Shown in pieces: positions 17,581-27,367 of a stretch of 39,533 bases of DNA. Under the pieces are notes generated by a model. That model saw nothing but the letters and a program-made list of their open reading frames with translations. It was not told the DNA's origin and made no database searches. Where the stretch lies: NCBI GenBank assembly GCA_964569445.1, contig CAZMVJ010000003.1, forward strand, positions 1 through 39,533, in the 5' to 3' direction. Position numbers and translations under genes: made by a program. The number at the start of each line of letters is the position of its first letter. Within the stretch, counting starts at the first letter, position 1. Origin of the DNA: an uncultured Anaerolineaceae bacterium. Lineage in GTDB: Bacteria > Chloroflexota > Anaerolineae > Anaerolineales > E44-bin32.

Positions 17581-17757
17581 CCCCCTCCCCCCCGCAATGA
17601 TGAGACTTTCTACGTTTGCGCTGTCCTGCGGGGGGAGGGGGAGGGATTCTTCAAAGGGGATGGGGGTGGCTTCGCCACCCCCATCCCCTTTGAGACTCTT
17701 TCCCCCCTCTCCGCCACGCGCCTTGGATTTGAGACGAGCCTCAGCGCGGAGAGGGGG
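17581..17757. repeat. Tripartite GC-rich hairpin array (long-loop hairpin, TTC-loop hairpin, long-loop hairpin)
   Basis: (a) CCCCCTCCCCCCCGC (17581-17595) pairs with GCGGGGGGAGGGGG (17628-17641), differing by one C/G. (b) A perfect stem GGGGATGGGGGTGGC-ttc-GCCACCCCCATCCCC (17656-17688) is extendable to 17652-17692. (c) CCCCCTCTCCGC (17703-17714) pairs with GCGGAGAGGGGG (17746-17757) around a 31-nt loop. Confidence 0.65.
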
Positions 17758-17801
17758 TCAGGGGGTGAGGTGGAAGACGGTTTTTTCGCATGCTCCAAGT
17801 G

Positions 17802-18518
17802 TCAGCTGGGCGCCAATGCTGGTAATCCATCCCGGGCTGCGGGTTTCCGCCGGGTTACCCACAACAACAACGCCGCCTCCACTAGCGTCAGGGCCATCAG
17901 CAGCGCGAACACGTCGCGCCAGAATCGCATCGGAAAAAGGCGAATGAGGGTGTCCGAAGTGTAGAAGACCCAGGTGCCGCTTTGGAAGAAGACCTGATGG
18001 AACCCGGTGAAGAGGACGGAGAAGGACAACAGGAGCAATCCGACCAGGGCCACCATCAGGAACAATGTAATGCGCGCGCCCAGGTTGAATCCGCGCCGGA
18101 CCGTCCCGCTGGAGGCGAATCGCCAGGCGGCAAGGCCCACACCGGCCAGCAAGACAACCAGGGCCGCCCAAATCCTTACGGCGCCTTGGACCAAGATCTT
18201 GACGTCCACCATGTGGCTCAGCTCGCGCGGATTGTAGAGAGCGATGCCGTTGGGGTCGCGCACATCGGCCAGGAATTCCGGGCCGGCATCGTTGAACAAG
18301 TAGGCTCGGGCGATCTCGGCCAGGCGGACGCGTTCCTCCCGGGTGAAGCCGTAGGGGTCGTCGGGGAACCCGGGCGTCGAATACTCGACCGAGACGAAGA
18401 GCGGGGTCAGGAGCAAGCGGACGTTGGTCAGAATCAACACGACAGGCACCAGGATGCCGATGGCGACGCGAGCCGTCGAAGACAGTCGTCGCTGCGTCGG
18501 AAGAGCCTCCCGGCTCAT
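17802..18518 (-). CDS. Integral membrane protein, TIGR01906/DUF1461-like (family assignment tentative)
   Basis: ATG 18518 overlaps the upstream stop (ATGA at 18515-18518). There are four or more hydrophobic segments and an extracytoplasmic loop with PGFPDDPYGFTREERVRLAEIARAYLF...RELSHMVDVKILVQG. Confidence 0.7.
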   Translation of the reverse strand: MSREALPTQRRLSSTARVAIGILVPVVLILTNVRLLLTPLFVSVEYSTPGFPDDPYGFTREERVRLAEIARAYLFNDAGPEFLADVRDPNGIALYNPRELSHMVDVKILVQGAVRIWAALVVLLAGVGLAAWRFASSGTVRRGFNLGARITLFLMVALVGLLLLSFSVLFTGFHQVFFQSGTWVFYTSDTLIRLFPMRFWRDVFALLMALTLVEAALLLWVTRRKPAARDGLPALAPS

Positions 18519-20101
18519 TGGAGCAGCCCCATGTCGCCTGTCAGGAGGAACTGAAGGGCGACGGCGTTGGTCAGCTGTTCGATCGGCGCCCAATCGTCTG
18601 TAAAGACGACCGTCGACATCGGTGTCGGCTGCAGATTGCCCAGTGTTCGCACCAGAACATCCTCCAGGAGCGGGTCGGCCCCTTCCCTCGCCAGGCGGTC
18701 GAGGTTGGCGACCAGGTTGCCCGGCTCGGTCGGCAGCATTGTGGCGTAGACAATTGTGTTGAAGCTCGCCGGGACGTCGACGACGTGGACCGACGGGAAG
18801 ACGGCCCCGAGCGTGCCGGCCATCCCGTCGACCAGGCGGCGGTCCTCCGGTGTCCGCCCGACGTTGATCACGACGACTCCGTCCGGCAGCAGATGCCCCC
18901 GGACCTCCTCGAAGAATTCACGCGTTGTAAGCTGCCAGGGGATGTACGGCAGGCGATAGGCGTCGATCGCCACCACGCTGTACAGCTCCGGGCTGTGGGC
19001 CAGCCCCCACCGGCCGTCGGCGGTAATGACATTGAGATTCGGTTCGTCCATGGCGAAGTAAGCGCGCCCCACCTCGGTGATCCCCGGGTCGATCTCCCAG
19101 CCGTCGATGGGCAGCGGCCCGAAGACCTGGGTGTACTGTTTGGCGATCGTCCCCGCCGCCAGACCGACGATCCCCAGCCGCTCGACTTCTTCGCCCGGCA
19201 CAGGCGACACGTTCCAATAGGGCGCCGCCAGGAAGTAGTCCCACGTCCCGTTGGTCGCCGGCTGGTCGGGGTCGTAGACGGAGTGAATCCCCTGCCCCTC
19301 GTTCAGCAACAAGTAACGGACGCCGTCGCGCTCGACCACCTGGATGTAGTTGTAGGCGGACTCGTCCTCGAAGATCTGTCCGGCGGTGGCTTTGATCGGC
19401 TGGCTCAGGCTCAGCCAGGACCAGGCCACCAGGACGATCGGCATCCACAGGTAGCGCAGCATCCTCTTGCGATCGATTTGCCACAGACCCACGAACGCCA
19501 CCGCCATCAAAGTCATGCTGAACACGAGAAAGGTGCGCGCCGTGCCCACGGCGGGGATCAGCCAAAGCACCGGCACGAACGTCCCGAGGATGGCTCCCAG
19601 GGTCGAGATGGCGTACATCCGGCCGGAGACCCGACCGGCGTGCTGCGGATCCTGGATCGCCAGGCGGATGGCGAAAGGCGAGACGCAGCCGAGCAGGATG
19701 ACCGGAAGGCTGAAGAGGATCAACACCGACAGGAACGACCCGACCATGATCGCCGCATCGAGTCGTTCGACGGCGCCGACGGCCGCCAGCAGCACCGGCC
19801 GCGCTACCGGCGGGATGACGCCGCCCAGGAAGGCCGCCCACGCCAGCAGCGTGTAAAACGTCCGTAGATAGGGAGATCGATCCGCCCAGCGACCGCCGAT
19901 GAAATAACCGACCGTCAGGTAGAGGAGGATGAGCCCGATGATGTTGGCCCACACCAGATTGCTAGTTCCGAAGACATTGCCCAAGAGTCGGGAAGCCGAG
20001 ATCTCGAGGGCCAACGTAACCATGCCGGCGATGAAGACGGCCAGGGTCAGCAGGCGGTTGGTCGGGCGATCCAAAGAGACACGGACATCAGGCTGCGTCA
20101 C
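18515..20101 (-). CDS. Fused polytopic membrane domain + spermidine-synthase-like (class I MTase fold) protein
   Basis: The N-terminal 220 aa or so hold multiple TM segments. The C-terminal part has SAYNYIQVVERDGVRYLLLNEGQGIHS, LGIVGLAAGTIAKQY, VVAIDAYRLPYIPWQLTTREFFEEVRGHLLPDGVVVINV. The start overlaps the DUF58 gene by 14 nt. Confidence 0.8.
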   Translation of the reverse strand: MTQPDVRVSLDRPTNRLLTLAVFIAGMVTLALEISASRLLGNVFGTSNLVWANIIGLILLYLTVGYFIGGRWADRSPYLRTFYTLLAWAAFLGGVIPPVARPVLLAAVGAVERLDAAIMVGSFLSVLILFSLPVILLGCVSPFAIRLAIQDPQHAGRVSGRMYAISTLGAILGTFVPVLWLIPAVGTARTFLVFSMTLMAVAFVGLWQIDRKRMLRYLWMPIVLVAWSWLSLSQPIKATAGQIFEDESAYNYIQVVERDGVRYLLLNEGQGIHSVYDPDQPATNGTWDYFLAAPYWNVSPVPGEEVERLGIVGLAAGTIAKQYTQVFGPLPIDGWEIDPGITEVGRAYFAMDEPNLNVITADGRWGLAHSPELYSVVAIDAYRLPYIPWQLTTREFFEEVRGHLLPDGVVVINVGRTPEDRRLVDGMAGTLGAVFPSVHVVDVPASFNTIVYATMLPTEPGNLVANLDRLAREGADPLLEDVLVRTLGNLQPTPMSTVVFTDDWAPIEQLTNAVALQFLLTGDMGLLQ

Positions 20102-21422
20102 GACGCAAATCTCCGGCTGGCTGGCTGAGGGACCGCTCCAGCGGCTGCCCGCGACGGATCACGCGCACGGGGATGCCCGCATCCGACAAGGCCAGCGCCA
20201 GGGGGCGTGCGGACATGCGTGAGCCGAAATCGGATGGTTCGACGAACGACGCCACGGGGACCAGCCCGCGTCGGCGGAGCTCGAGCATCTCGTGGTAGAG
20301 GTCCTCGCGCACGTTCGGAGTGAGCACGGCGATCGTCGCTCCCCTGGGGAACCAGGTTGTCTCGATCCGGAAGACGTCCGTCAGGTCGACATCCCCGTCG
20401 GCGCGAAAGCCGGCCAGGGCCTCCAGCAGGCGAAACAACTGTGCTTCGCCGCGCTCGGGCTGGACGACCATGCGCGAGGTTCCGTAACCGAGCAGGCCGG
20501 TGGCCCGGTTGCGTCCAAGAACGTGCAGCGCCACCGAGGCCGCCGCCGCGATCATGTACTCCTCTGTCTGAGGCGGCAATCTCAGCTGCCGGCCCGGCCC
20601 TTTCCCAGCCAGCGATTCTTCACCAGCCGGCTCGCCGAAATGCATCCGGCGCTGACCGTCGAGCACGATCCAGACGTCGGACATCGGATCGAGTTCGAAT
20701 TCCTTGGAGATCAGGCGCCCTCGCCGCGCCGTCGACTTCCAGTGGATGCGGCTGAGACTGTCGCCGTGAGCATACTCGCGCACGCCCGAGGCGTTCGGGG
20801 TGACCTGGTAGGTCCGCCTCCGCAGCGCCTCGCCTCCGCTCAACCGGCCGGCCGGAATCGGGAAGCTGGGCAATGGAACCGTCGGGGGAAGGACGACGAC
20901 CTCGCGGACGCCTCCGACGCTGCGGTGGGAAGGGAACAGGCCGAACGGGTCGCCGGCGATCAATGTCGTCGGGCCGAGGCGGAACCGGCCGCGGCGGGTG
21001 CAGATCGTGCGCGCCGTCCACAGCCAGGCTTGACGGGCGCCCAGCCCGGCCGCCACCGCCGAAGCCCGGTGCCCGCTGAAGTCGTGAGTCCCGCCCTCCG
21101 TCGAAAGCCCGATGGCGCGCGCGGCGGCCCACGATCCCGGCAGGTCCGACTCGTCGCGGACCTCCACCCACAGTTTGGGGAGCCGGCTGTCGTTCTTGAG
21201 TGAGAGAGTCTCCTCGAAGACCCGGCCGACCTGACTCGTCAGACTGCGGGAGGTGCGCTCGAGGCGTAGTCCCCGCAAGGCCGCCCACGACCAGGCCCAG
21301 GCCACGATCAGCACGCCGGCGAACAGCACCGACAGGCTGCCGAAGACGGACCGGCCGGTGAGGGTCAGGCCGGCCAGACTGACGAGCAGCAGACCCAGGA
21401 CGACCAGGGCCCGCTGGGTCAT
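20088..21422 (-). CDS. DUF58-domain protein (MoxR partner), N-terminal 2 TM
   Basis: Motif [34 protein letters not shown] overlap with the moxR stop at 21419-21422. Confidence 0.85.
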   Translation of the reverse strand: MTQRALVVLGLLLVSLAGLTLTGRSVFGSLSVLFAGVLIVAWAWSWAALRGLRLERTSRSLTSQVGRVFEETLSLKNDSRLPKLWVEVRDESDLPGSWAAARAIGLSTEGGTHDFSGHRASAVAAGLGARQAWLWTARTICTRRGRFRLGPTTLIAGDPFGLFPSHRSVGGVREVVVLPPTVPLPSFPIPAGRLSGGEALRRRTYQVTPNASGVREYAHGDSLSRIHWKSTARRGRLISKEFELDPMSDVWIVLDGQRRMHFGEPAGEESLAGKGPGRQLRLPPQTEEYMIAAAASVALHVLGRNRATGLLGYGTSRMVVQPERGEAQLFRLLEALAGFRADGDVDLTDVFRIETTWFPRGATIAVLTPNVREDLYHEMLELRRRGLVPVASFVEPSDFGSRMSARPLALALSDAGIPVRVIRRGQPLERSLSQPAGDLRRDAA

Positions 21423-22372
21423 CGTCCTCCGGCCGTTCCGGGAACCGGCGTCGCCCCCAGGATCTCCTGGACGATCATGCGCGCGTCGACGTCGCGGATG
21501 CGGGCTCCCGAGCCGATGATCATACGATGGGCCAGCGCCGGCACAGCGACGGCCTTGATGTCGTCCGGCAGGACGTAGTCGCGCTCCGCCAGCGCGGCGT
21601 GCGCCTGGGCGGCACGGAAAAGGGCCAGGCTCCCACGTGGGCTGGCCCCCAGGTAGACCTCGTGGTGCTTGCGGGTGGCCGTGACCAGATCGAGGATGTA
21701 ACGCTTGAGCTCGTCGACCACGCGGACTTCGCGAACCTTGCGCTGCGCTTCCATCACCTCGTCGACCAGGGCCACGGCCTGCAGCGTCTCGAGGGGATGC
21801 TGGATCTGCTGCCCCTCCAGCATCCGAATTTCATCGGCCAGCAGCGGGTATCCCAGGCTGATGCGCAGCAAGAAGCGGTCGAGCTGCGCCTCGGGCAGAG
21901 GGAACGTCCCTTCGTATTCGATCGGGTTCTGAGTGGCCAGCACCAGAAAGGGCGTCGGCATCGGGTAGGTGACGCCGTCGACGGTCACCTGCCGTTCTTC
22001 CATCACTTCGAGCAGCGCCGCCTGCGTCTTGGGCGTCGCCCGGTTGATCTCGTCGATCAGCACGATCTGCGCCAGCACCGGCCCGGGCCGGTATTCGAAG
22101 GTGTGGGTCTGCTGGTTGAAGATCGAGACCCCGGTCACGTCGCTCGGCAGCATGTCCGGCGTGAACTGGATGCGATTGAACGAACCGCCGATCGAACGGG
22201 CCAGGCTCTTAGCCAGCACCGTCTTCCCGGTGCCGGGCACGTCCTCGATCAGAATGTGGCCCTGGGCCAGGAGGCCCAGCAACGTCAGACGGATCGCCTC
22301 CGGCTTGCCGACGATGACCCGCTCGATATTCTCGGCGATGCGCTTCCCCAGCTGGGAAACGGACTCGATCAA
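21419..22372 (-). CDS. MoxR-family AAA+ ATPase
   Basis: [44 protein letters not shown], Walker [24 protein letters not shown], and a C-terminal AAA lid. Confidence 0.95.
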   Translation of the reverse strand: MIESVSQLGKRIAENIERVIVGKPEAIRLTLLGLLAQGHILIEDVPGTGKTVLAKSLARSIGGSFNRIQFTPDMLPSDVTGVSIFNQQTHTFEYRPGPVLAQIVLIDEINRATPKTQAALLEVMEERQVTVDGVTYPMPTPFLVLATQNPIEYEGTFPLPEAQLDRFLLRISLGYPLLADEIRMLEGQQIQHPLETLQAVALVDEVMEAQRKVREVRVVDELKRYILDLVTATRKHHEVYLGASPRGSLALFRAAQAHAALAERDYVLPDDIKAVAVPALAHRMIIGSGARIRDVDARMIVQEILGATPVPGTAGGR

Positions 22373-22402
22373 GGTGACCTCGCGCGGACGAGATGTTTCA
22401 GG

Positions 22403-23509
22403 CTAGCGGCGGACCAACAGGACAAGCATCGCCGCCCAGGACAACGAGTAGTTCAAGACGCGTCGCAACCCGAGACCGGCGGCGAACAACAGCAGGGCCA
22501 GCACCAGGCCGGTCGCCAGCCGGACGAGGCCCAACGGCTCCCGCGCCGTCGAAAAGGGTACGAACAGGATCACGGCTGCGTTCAGCAACAGCGCCCAGGC
22601 CTCGGGCTGCAGGCGTTCGGCCCGCAAGCGCCGGACGGCAGCCCAAACTCCCCACAGGGCCGGCAGGACGATCATCGGCCCGAAGATCACCAGGAACAAG
22701 ACGAAAGCCTGTGGGCTGAGCGCACCGATCCGCAGAAAGCCCATCAGCGGGATGAACTCGAACGGCGTGCTCATGGCGCCGCCGCTGCCGATCCCGGGTT
22801 CCCCGAAGATCCGCCACAACCACAGTTGCCAGATCAGGAACGCGACCAGCCCACCTGCGATCCACAAGCGGCGGCGGCGGTCCGCCCCGCTCCCCGCGAC
22901 GTGGAGGGCCAACGCCGCGACCACGAAGGGAAGCGTCGTCTCCTTGGCGAACAGCGACAACGTCAACCCAACCGCCCCCCAGCCGTCCTTCGATCGCCGG
23001 AAGGCGAGCCAGGCGAGCGCGACCAAGCCATAGGCCAAAGCCTCGTGCAGAAAAAGGCCGACGCTCGCCACGACGCCGACCCACAGGCCGTATCCTAATG
23101 CATACCCTTCCCATTGACCATGGTCGAGCAGGATCCGGGCAACGGCGGCGGTGCCGGCCGCCGCGCTCACGACGCCGAGAAGCAACAGGGCCCACGGGAC
23201 AGCACCGGCGTCCCCGAGGGCGACGGCCCGCGCCAGAAGCGGCAACAGGATGCGCTGGTACCGATAGGCCGGCCGATCGAGATGCGGCGCCACGGTCTGC
23301 GGGTCCAACTCGACCGCCATCATGTAGCTGAACTGCCCGTCGTAGCCTTCGGTCCCTTGCGGGTCGAGCACGGTGTAGCGCGTCCCGAGCTCCGCCAGCT
23401 GAGCCGCGTCCCAATCGACGTGGGCTAATCGCGTGCCGGCGAACAACAGGCACACCAGCGCCGAGGCTATAGCCGGCCAGGCTACACGGATCGGCGACGA
23501 GCGATCCAC
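22403..23509 (-). CDS. Polytopic membrane protein (uncharacterised, possibly GT-C-like)
   Basis: It has eight or more hydrophobic segments and an N-proximal loop GYDGQFSYMMAVELDPQTVAPHLDRPAYRYQRILLP. The start is ambiguous: GTG 23509 overlaps the upstream gene by 28 nt, and GTG 23455 is the alternative. The upstream part of ORF 22403-23722 is Arg-rich junk. Confidence 0.6.
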   Translation of the reverse strand: MDRSSPIRVAWPAIASALVCLLFAGTRLAHVDWDAAQLAELGTRYTVLDPQGTEGYDGQFSYMMAVELDPQTVAPHLDRPAYRYQRILLPLLARAVALGDAGAVPWALLLLGVVSAAAGTAAVARILLDHGQWEGYALGYGLWVGVVASVGLFLHEALAYGLVALAWLAFRRSKDGWGAVGLTLSLFAKETTLPFVVAALALHVAGSGADRRRRLWIAGGLVAFLIWQLWLWRIFGEPGIGSGGAMSTPFEFIPLMGFLRIGALSPQAFVLFLVIFGPMIVLPALWGVWAAVRRLRAERLQPEAWALLLNAAVILFVPFSTAREPLGLVRLATGLVLALLLFAAGLGLRRVLNYSLSWAAMLVLLVRR

Positions 23510-25785
23510 AAGCCTACGACTCCCATCAGAATGACGAGGGCGCCCGCGGAAACGAGGACGCCGACGCGAAACGACGTCGGTTGATACAGCCACGTGACCG
23601 TGGACGAGCCGGGAGGGACCCAGACGGCGCGAAACGCTCCGTCGGCGGGGTAGGAGTCGGCCGGCGCGCCGTCGACGCTTGCCCTCCAGCCTGGGTACCA
23701 GATGTCGGAGAGGACGAGCCACCCCCCGGCCACCGCCTCGACCTTCACGTCGAGCCGGTTCGGATCGCGGCCGGCGAACACTTCAGCGGCGCCTCCGCCC
23801 CCTTCGAGGCGGGCGATCTCCGGCGGACCTTCCAGGACCACCTCCCGATTCGGATCGAAACTCGGGCTGCCGAGCACGCGCAAGGCTTCGGTCACACTGT
23901 CCGCTGCGATCGCCTGTGGGACCAACCGGGCGCGCTGCGCGCCAGGGACACGACGATAGGATACCCAGGGAGCCTCCGGACCCACTTCGCCCCCCGCCCA
24001 ACCCACGTCCATCAGCCGCAGGCGTTCGGCTTGGCTTGCTTCAGGCGCGAGCACCAGCGCCGAGATCCAATCGGCATAACGTCCCGGAAGGAGGGGGTCG
24101 AAGTTGTTCGCTGACGAGAGCCCGTCCAGCATGGTCGTGTTCGGCAGACCACTCTCCCGAATGTGCCGCGGATCCAGGTCCGTCTGAAAAGAATCGAAGC
24201 GATGGGTTCGCTCGAACTTCAAGACGCGCTCGGTCTCTGGGAACACATACAACCGGTGATCATCCCCGGTCTGCGCGGTCAGCGCCGTCGTGCCTTGATA
24301 GATTGAGGCCGAGGTTGTGGGGTTGAGCCCGCTGCCGGCGACGACGAGATCCAGCGTGACCACGACAGCGACGAGCCCGACCCATCGATGGCCGACTCTG
24401 GCCGGCCAGAGCAATGCCAGCGCTCCGGCGAGCAAGAGCCAGATCCCTGCCGCGGCGAAGCTGCGGCCGAAACTCTCGCGGAGTTCGGTCGGGGCAAACG
24501 CAGCCGTCGCTCCCAGAAGGAAGACACCGCCGGCGGCGGCTGTTCCGAGGCGGGTCCAGTACAGGGCGCGCCCGGTTGGGCGCGCCCACAGGTCGGCGCC
24601 GATGCCGGCCAACAGCGCCAGGCTGAAGGTCGTAATCAGGTTGAATCGCGTCGGGGCGTTGAAGACGTCGAAGAACGGCACGTTCCGGAAGAGGAACGGG
24701 AAGAAGGGTGTGTTGGCGCCGAGCGATAACAGGAAGGCGATCCCGGCGGCGACAAGCAGGAACGTACGCGTTTTCCCCATCTGCGGGCCCAGGCGGCCGG
24801 CTCGCAACGCCGCCGACGCCGCCATCAGCAAAGGAAGCACGCCGACGTAAAGCGCATCCTCCCAGTAGTTTCCGTAGCCCCAATAATCGCCGGTAGCGGG
24901 GCTGCCGAACAGCCCGGGCAGGATGAGGCCGACGGTGCGCCACGGCCAAAAGGAATAAGTGAGCGCACCGGTCTCCGGCAATCCGGCGACCCTGCTCGAT
25001 TCGACCAGGTACTCCGCCGTCGGGACAAATTGCGCCGCCGCCAGCCCCAGCCCGAGCACGCCAGCCGCCAGCCACATCAGCGTCAGCCGCGCGACGGCGC
25101 GCCATCCGGCCAGGGTTGCCGCTCGCCAGAACGACCAGGCGACCGCGAACAAGAGACTGTAGGCCGTCGACTGCGCATGTCCTGCCAGCGCCTGCAGGCC
25201 GATCACCACGGCCAGTGCTGCGATCGCTCCAAGTCTCTGGAAGGCAGCCCCGGAGAGAGCCGCTCTCGCCGCGATATCGGCGCACAGCACCAACCAGGGG
25301 AGGTACGAGGCGGCGGCATTAAGACTGAAGAACCCGGCACGTGCAACCAGATAAGAACCCGAGGCGAAGGCGATACCACCGATCGCCTGGCCGATCAGTC
25401 CGACGCCGATCCGGCGGAGGAGAAGCGCCATCCCTGCGCCGGCGAAGACGAGATGCGCCAGGACAAGCAGCCCCTCTCCCCAGCCGGCCGTGGTGATGGC
25501 GAGGATCCAGTTCGCAGGATAGAGCAAGGCCGACTGATAGTTGGCCAACAATGGCGCCCCCATGCCGAGGAGAGGATTCCAGAGAGGCAGCCACCCCTCT
25601 CGAATCAGGTCGAAGGCAGCCATCCTCCACGGGACGAATTGGAGGAGCGGCGTCCCCCAGTACAGGACCTCGCCGCGGGCCAGCATCGGACCGAAGAGGG
25701 CGATCGGACCGAGCGCGATCAGTCCGACGGGGAACCAGCGATCGAAGCGCGACTTTCCCGATGAGCGCGAGGCGGTGTCAGTCAT
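23482..25785 (-). CDS. YfhO-family-like large polytopic membrane protein (GT-C-type glycosyltransferase candidate), copy B'
   Basis: ATG 25785 lies 2 nt after the upstream stop (25778-25780). N-terminal motif GWLPLWNPLLGMGAPLLANYQSALLYP. The C-terminal extracytoplasmic domain ends LVLSDIWYPGWRASVDGAPA...FRAVWVPPGSSTVTWLYQP plus a final TM. Confidence 0.8.
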   Translation of the reverse strand: MTDTASRSSGKSRFDRWFPVGLIALGPIALFGPMLARGEVLYWGTPLLQFVPWRMAAFDLIREGWLPLWNPLLGMGAPLLANYQSALLYPANWILAITTAGWGEGLLVLAHLVFAGAGMALLLRRIGVGLIGQAIGGIAFASGSYLVARAGFFSLNAAASYLPWLVLCADIAARAALSGAAFQRLGAIAALAVVIGLQALAGHAQSTAYSLLFAVAWSFWRAATLAGWRAVARLTLMWLAAGVLGLGLAAAQFVPTAEYLVESSRVAGLPETGALTYSFWPWRTVGLILPGLFGSPATGDYWGYGNYWEDALYVGVLPLLMAASAALRAGRLGPQMGKTRTFLLVAAGIAFLLSLGANTPFFPFLFRNVPFFDVFNAPTRFNLITTFSLALLAGIGADLWARPTGRALYWTRLGTAAAGGVFLLGATAAFAPTELRESFGRSFAAAGIWLLLAGALALLWPARVGHRWVGLVAVVVTLDLVVAGSGLNPTTSASIYQGTTALTAQTGDDHRLYVFPETERVLKFERTHRFDSFQTDLDPRHIRESGLPNTTMLDGLSSANNFDPLLPGRYADWISALVLAPEASQAERLRLMDVGWAGGEVGPEAPWVSYRRVPGAQRARLVPQAIAADSVTEALRVLGSPSFDPNREVVLEGPPEIARLEGGGGAAEVFAGRDPNRLDVKVEAVAGGWLVLSDIWYPGWRASVDGAPADSYPADGAFRAVWVPPGSSTVTWLYQPTSFRVGVLVSAGALVILMGVVGLWIARRRSV

Positions 25786-27367
25786 CGGCCGGCTCGACCC
25801 GATAGACGACATAGCCGGATTCGTTGTAGACCGCTTCGAGCCGGCCCGTCGGCAGCGTCCCCCATTCCCCCAGTTTCCTCTCGGTCGGTCCACGGAACAC
25901 GAGGGACACCCGCTGCTCGCTCAGGAAGCGCTCGGCAGCCGTCCCCGCGAGGTCGCCGCCGAAGAAGCGTTCGACTTCCGGTTGAAGCTCGGCCAAGTTG
26001 GCCGTCTCGGGTCCGTGGCCGATCACGGACCGGACGGGAGCCCAGGCAGGCAGCGCATTGCCCGTGTCGAAAGCGGCAAGGACGACCGAGCCCGGAGCGG
26101 CGTGCTCAGCGATCCAGTCGAACGCCGCCACTTCAGGGGCCGGCCGAAAGAGGGGCAGAGCTGGATTCAAGGCCGCCAGCAAGCCTCCGCCCAGCAGCAG
26201 GACCGAGGTCAAAGCGGAAGCGGCCAACAGCCCGCCGGCGACCAGGCGACGGCGCCGAGCCTCCATCGGAATCGTCCGCAGCCCCCGCGCCGCGAGAACG
26301 GAGAGCACCACCCATGCCCCCTCGATCAGACGTCGCTGGACCGTGAGCGGCGCGTAAGCCAGGACAAAGAGGACGATCAACCAACTCGCCAGGAACCATC
26401 CGAGGACGGCCTCCTTGCGAATGAGGTCGCGCCCTCCCAGGAAGGCCGGAACGAGCACCAAGGCGTAGGCGAGCAGATAATGGATGGGATGAGGGGACGG
26501 CAGGATATTCTGCGCCGCCCATTGCTGGAGGGCTTGGACGGAATAGGACCCAAAGGTGTAGTAGAGAACCAGCGGTGATGAAACCACAATGGCCAGAGCT
26601 GCCCGACGAAACCATGGGCCGACGGCTTCCGTGGTACGTCCGGCGATCTTGAGGCCGAGAAGTGTGAGGAGATGCGCCCCGATCGCAGCGTAGGCAGAGA
26701 CGACCGCCAGCGGCTGGACCAAGCCCAGTCCCAGCAGGACACCCCCGGCGATCAGACCTGGGCGGAGTCCTCCGCGGAGGGTCAAGTAGGCCGTCAGCGA
26801 AAAGAGCAGTAGAGCTCTCGCCAAGAGGAGATGCGGCAGGCCATAGACGGCCAGGAATCCGAAGCTCTCCGGCGAGTAGAAGTCGAGCGGTAAGCTCCCC
26901 AGCAGTTGGCTGTTCCCGCTGAGGGCCAGCAACCATCCCAGCCCTCCTCCGGCCGCCGCCAAGACAGTCGCCCAGCGGCGCCAGGCCGGCTCCGGAAGAA
27001 AGAGCGACGAGAACTGATAGATCGCGTAGACCATTAACGGGATGAGCGCCAGGCGGGCCACGTGGAAGAGAATAACGAGCTGGGCGTGAAGTTCCAACCC
27101 GGCGGCCAGCTTTCCCAACAGAAGATACGGAAGGAAGGCCAGAATGCCCGGTGAGTCTTGCGAGGAGTAGGGAGTCTGGAACAACCACGCACCCGATTGA
27201 CCCTGGAGCATCTTGGCGATGTAGGAGTTGCCATCGCCCACTCCGAAAACGAAACCCGTGAAGCTCCACTCTCCCTGGGCCTGGAAGCCGACGAGGTAGG
27301 GAATCGAAGTCAGGACCATCAATACAATGGAGAAGAGCAGGCACCATCGACGCTCTGCTTGCGTCAT
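25778..27367 (-). CDS. Polytopic membrane protein with a C-terminal soluble domain (GT-C-like, uncharacterised family), copy A'
   Basis: ATG 27367 overlaps the upstream stop (ATGA at 27364-27367). It is a paralog of 29478-31046: SFTGFVFGVGDGNSYIAKMLQGQSGAWLFQTPY matches FVFTGFLVNPIDGFSYLAKMRQGMEGSWLFQLPY. Confidence 0.75.
   Translation of the reverse strand: MTQAERRWCLLFSIVLMVLTSIPYLVGFQAQGEWSFTGFVFGVGDGNSYIAKMLQGQSGAWLFQTPYSSQDSPGILAFLPYLLLGKLAAGLELHAQLVILFHVARLALIPLMVYAIYQFSSLFLPEPAWRRWATVLAAAGGGLGWLLALSGNSQLLGSLPLDFYSPESFGFLAVYGLPHLLLARALLLFSLTAYLTLRGGLRPGLIAGGVLLGLGLVQPLAVVSAYAAIGAHLLTLLGLKIAGRTTEAVGPWFRRAALAIVVSSPLVLYYTFGSYSVQALQQWAAQNILPSPHPIHYLLAYALVLVPAFLGGRDLIRKEAVLGWFLASWLIVLFVLAYAPLTVQRRLIEGAWVVLSVLAARGLRTIPMEARRRRLVAGGLLAASALTSVLLLGGGLLAALNPALPLFRPAPEVAAFDWIAEHAAPGSVVLAAFDTGNALPAWAPVRSVIGHGPETANLAELQPEVERFFGGDLAGTAAERFLSEQRVSLVFRGPTERKLGEWGTLPTGRLEAVYNESGYVVYRVEPADD

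Noticed and set aside
17581-17757. Possible CRISPR array, given the repeated GC-rich palindromes here and at 31245-31339 and 34721-34882
   Set aside because: The repeats are inverted, not regularly spaced direct repeats. Only 2-3 units occur per site, their stem sequences differ, and no cas genes are present.
17420-17964. ORFs 17420-17947 (+), 17539-17964 (+) and 17610-17798 (-) across the hairpin-repeat region
   Set aside because: They translate the palindromic GC-rich repeats into Pro/Gly/Ser-rich strings on both strands and overlap the 3' end of the DUF1461-like gene. They are better explained as non-coding repeats.
18515-20101. Calling this gene a bona fide spermidine synthase (speE)
   Set aside because: Only the fold-level pattern is recognisable. 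The nucleotide-binding loop reads GLAAGT rather than a canonical motif, and the protein is fused to a large membrane domain. It is annotated only as spermidine-synthase-like.
21527-23098. 523-aa + strand ORF antisense to moxR and the fifth membrane protein
   Set aside because: It is low-complexity and Arg/Gln/Asp/Pro-rich. MoxR on the minus strand has Walker A and B motifs. This is a shadow ORF.
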